Assembly (NCBI GenBank): GCA_951804945.1
Contig: OX638161.1
Coordinates: 47,678,001-47,742,000, forward strand
DNA: 64,000 nucleotides
From: Podarcis cretensis
Lineage: Eukaryota
Direction: 5' to 3'
Part shown: positions 60,509-64,000 of the stretch, one piece after another
How positions within the stretch are numbered: position 1 is the first letter of the stretch
How the letters are laid out: each line of letters starts with the position of its first letter
Program-made: the position numbers and the translations under genes
The notes under the pieces: generated by a model
What the model was told of the DNA's origin: nothing
The model's database searches: none
The model's input: the letters and a program-made list of their open reading frames with translations, nothing else

Positions 60509-61020
60509 TACATGAAACCAGAGCAGTACAGCCTTTCAGTAAGGCTGTGGCTGTTCTCAACATTGTGGTTTGTCCTCTTATGACCACTTCTGTGTACAGC
60601 TTTGTGGAACAAGCAGGTGAAATATGCTTTGAAATATGCTTTTGACTGAAAACATGTTTTTAAGTTCATGGAGTTTGAAACAACGGGAGGAAGGGGAAAC
60701 GTGAACTGACTAAAATAGGCTCATGAAACATTTTGTGGTATATCCGAAGCCCAAATAAACCAATTTCTTTTAAAATAATCATTGGTTTCCAAAAGTCAAT
60801 GAACTTGGCATTTCATGTGTGCCGCTTGAATTTCAAACAACAGAAAACTCTGTTCTGCATAACTGGATACTGGTAATCACTCTTACTCCCAGTATGGTTG
60901 TTTAAAGAAAACTTAAGCTTTTTTGAGGAAGTTGTGTTTGTATTCCTTTCACCCATACCAATCATTGTATTTTTTTCAAGGAAGACCTCTTTACTGTAGA
61001 AGATTAAATAACCCTTTAAG

Positions 61021-61037
61021 TGCCACTAGGGGGCAGC
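61021..61037 (+). promoter_or_regulatory. CTCF-like motif TGCCACTAGGGGGCAGC
   Basis: Consensus match; same site in every unit. Confidence 0.55.
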
Positions 61038-61535
61038 ACTATGCAGTTTTGTAAGCACAACAACCACCTGAGGCAGGAAGCCTGTGCCCCTGTTCATATA
61101 TTCTGCCAGGGTGGTTACAGTTCTCTGGTCACACCTATACCATACATTTAAAGCACTTTTATACCACTTTAAAAACCATGGCTTTCCCCTAAGATTTCTG
61201 GGAACTGTAGTTTACTGAGGGTGCTGGGAACTGCAGCTCTGCAAAGGTTTTACTAGCAACCCTCATGCGACCTCTGTTCTTGTGAAAACTGGGGCTTCTT
61301 TTGGAATACCTTTTGTGAAAATTCCAATTTGTGAGAGAAACAAATCAATAAAACGGGTCACCATGTGCTTCTAATGCATACACATTTTTGCCAGCATCTA
61401 CAGAACATTGTTGGCATTCAGAATCCCCCACCCCCATTTAATCTGGGTTTATCCTTTCAGGGGGAATTCTAATAAACCACACACACTTACAATATCTGAA
61501 CAACTCCTTTTATATTACTAAGAGTTGTCTTCAAT

Positions 61536-61740
61536 ACAAAATAAAAAAAATTCCTTCCAGTAGCACCTTAAAGACCAACTAAGTTAGTTCTAGGTATGAG
61601 CTTTCGTGTGCATGCACACTTCTTCAGATACCAACGAAAGCTCATACCTAGAACTAACTTAGTTGGTCTTTAAGGTGCTACTGGAAGGAATTTTTTTATT
61701 TTGTTTTGACTATGGCAGACCAACACGGCTACCTATCTAT
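61536..61740. mobile_element. Penelope-like element remnant with inverted pLTR structure
   Basis: ~71-bp inverted arms; 13-bp TSD AGTTGTCTTCAAT; empty site at ~1058-1070. Confidence 0.85.
61593..61632 (-). ncRNA. Minimal type I hammerhead ribozyme motif
   Basis: GGUAU CUGAAGA A GUGUGC AU GCACAC GAAA GCUC AUACC: core CUGANGA/GAAA, stem I GGUAU/AUACC, stem II, palindromic AGCU for stem III. Confidence 0.78.
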
Positions 61741-62897
61741 AGTTGTCTTCAATGTTAGTCCTACTCAGAGTAGACCCATTGAAATTAATATAGCTGCCAA
61801 TTTAGGCCAATTAATTTCAGTGGGTAGAACTTAGTTCGCTACAGCCCTAAGCTCACATCCGGAGGAACCCAAAAAAGGCTCCTATCAGGTATCCTGGTGA
61901 AAAAATAGTAAAAATGGCTGATCTGTTGCTAGATATGGTTGCTGGTTACAATCTGCTTCATTGCATCAACGTTGGACAAACTTGATGAGCCTTTCTCCCT
62001 CTAATATTTTTCTCATGAAATCTGCCAGTGATAGCTACTGTGTGAAAAATCAGCTCTGGACGGGGAAAAGGCACTGGGATGATGTAAGAAAACCACTCAG
62101 ATGTCATACCCTCCGAATTCTGGAGATTTGATACCAGGACGTTTGTCTTCTGGGATGCACACCCAGGCGAGTCATGTGACCCATGCCTCACTGTACCTTG
62201 ATAAAAGTGCTTTTTCTTGCATGGGGGGAAAAGGGATGTCCCATTTTTTCTGGGATACACAACCGGTATGTGATATTTCGAAGATAAATCTTAACGTGGA
62301 AACCAGCTCCACAACCAAAATCTGATGAGGCCTAATTCAACCTGAACCTTCCCCTAGAAACAACTTTGAGAGCAGCTGGCTTGTATTGAGTGCCTCAGCT
62401 TGTGCAGTCCTGACTTTGAACATAGGATGGAGCTGTACCATTATGAAGATTGGTGGCAATTCAGAATTACTCCTTCCTTAATGTTGTCCCCTTTCCCACC
62501 TTGAAATGTGTGGGGGGGGGGGAGAAGAGAGAGAGGGAGGGAGGGAGGGAGGGAGGGAGGGAGATACGAACTGGATTGGACTTTACTTTTGAATGTTTGG
62601 CCCAACTCTTCTTGTTACCTGGTGCAGTGGAGACCAAAGGCTTGGAGGGGCTCTTAGGCGACGTAGCTCCTGGGAAGAGGGATTGATTGTTAAGTCACTC
62701 TGAGAACTGTAGTCCAGAAAGGGGAATAGGAGTCACCTAACAACTCTCCTTGCCCTTAACAAGCTACAGTTCCCAGGATGCTTTTGGGGGAGTCATGACT
62801 GCTTAAAGTGGTATGATACTGTTTTAAATGCATAGTGCAGATGTGGTCTAAGTTAGGATCAGCACATGAAATCAAACATCCTAAAGCTCTTGATATT

Positions 62898-62930
<33 letters not shown>

Positions 62931-63754
62931 TATATATGTATAATTTTATAGCAGGGAAAAAACCTGTTACTGCATTTACAGTAGGAGAAAAGTTAGCAAA
63001 ATCCTTTTGATCATCTCCCTTGGCAGAAGTTTCAGACTGTAAAGCACTTTAATTAAGTCAATAAGTTTTGTAGGCCACTGGGGTTATCTTGCACAAATGT
63101 GAACAAAATTAATCTATAGGCATGGGACTTAATCAGGCAACAAAGTTTTGAAGAGTTAGTAGCAAACTTTTTGTTCTCTTGGTACATCAGGGGAAGCAGA
63201 TAATGAGGTTGGTTTGGAAGGGGAAATCAATTAGCATTTGTTTTGCTAACTGCACACTAATCAGAGAATGAGGCAGAAAAGTTTTGTTTTGTTCGTGTGT
63301 GTTTTTAATTGAAAACAACAGACTTTGATTGTCCATCAAGAGTCAAGTGGTAAAGTGGAAAAGCAAACTAATACATTTTTGATAAAAATAACATACCAAC
63401 CATCAAAAAAACACCCAATGAATTGATGTTAAATAACAACATTCACATAGGTAAAATCTTATTCTATTTATTTCATTCTAAGTATTATTGCATTTTATAT
63501 CCCACATTTCCTCCAAGGAGCTCAATATTCTCCCCTCCCCCTTTTATCCTCACAAGATTCCTGCGAGGCGGGTTCGAGGAAAAGAGAGTGACTGAACCAA
63601 AGTCACCCAGTGATTTGGTCTTCCGGGTCCTAGTCTGGCCCTCTGACCATTGCGCCACCCATAGGCCACTAGTCCATGACTACTAGCCAATGATAGCACT
63701 CACCATAATGACTGAATGCTATCTCCAGGACCAGAAGCATCATGCTTCTGAATA

Positions 63755-63995
63755 CAGTGGTACCTCTAGTTACGAACTTAATTCGTTCCAGAGGTCCATT
63801 CTTAACCTGAAACTGTTCTTAACTATTGACGTGCTTTCACTAATGGGGCCTCTTGCTGCCGCTGTGCCGCTGGCACAAGATTTCCATTCTAATCCTGAGG
63901 CAAAGTTCTCAACTCAAGGTAACTCTTCCAGGTTAGCGGATTCTGTAACCTGAAGCATTTGTAACATGAGGAGTTTGTAACTCAAGGTACCACTG
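63755..63995. mobile_element. Tc1/mariner (Tigger-like) MITE
   Basis: TA|CAGTGGTACCT...AGGTACCACTG|TA. Confidence 0.87.
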
Positions 63996-64000
63996 TACCA

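Larger units (their letters stand above)
31951..62390 (+). repeat. Right arm of inverted duplication containing four tandem OR units (~6.6-kb period)
   Basis: OR starts at 35623, 42208, 48792, 58378 (spacings 6585, 6584, 9586; the last includes a 3.2-kb Bov-B). Confidence 0.93.

Noticed and set aside
1-64000. CRISPR arrays, operons or other prokaryotic systems
   Set aside because: The sequence is vertebrate; repeats are microsatellites, TEs and segmental duplications with no repeat-spacer pattern

Overview
Vertebrate genomic DNA from a squamate reptile, probably a lacertid lizard, judged from Sauria SINEs, Squam3-type SINEs and Bov-B LINEs. The window is a class II (gamma-group, OR6-like) olfactory receptor cluster. 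It has 8 ORs with open frames: six near-identical 320-aa paralogs plus two singletons. It also has two long OR pseudogenes and several OR fragments. The cluster is a large inverted duplication: a left arm (~372-14063, ORs on -) and a right arm (~31951-62390, ORs on +) around an ~18-kb spacer. The right arm is a tandem array of ~6.6-kb units. Mobile DNA includes a full-length Bov-B (RTE) LINE with an intact ORF, 5'-truncated L1/Tx1-like and L2 LINEs, tRNA-derived SINEs, Tc1/mariner and hAT MITEs, solo LTRs, and a 205-bp Penelope-like hairpin element carrying a minimal hammerhead ribozyme. Many insertions have empty sites in paralogous units of the same window. The strongest leads are the hammerhead hairpin, the very young Bov-B, an OR whose start codon may sit alone on an upstream exon, a chimeric OR from unequal crossover (or mis-assembly), and a CTCF-like site hit by a SINE. 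I found no wholly new protein system. All alignments were done by eye and no database searches were run. There is one assembly gap (57000-57176).
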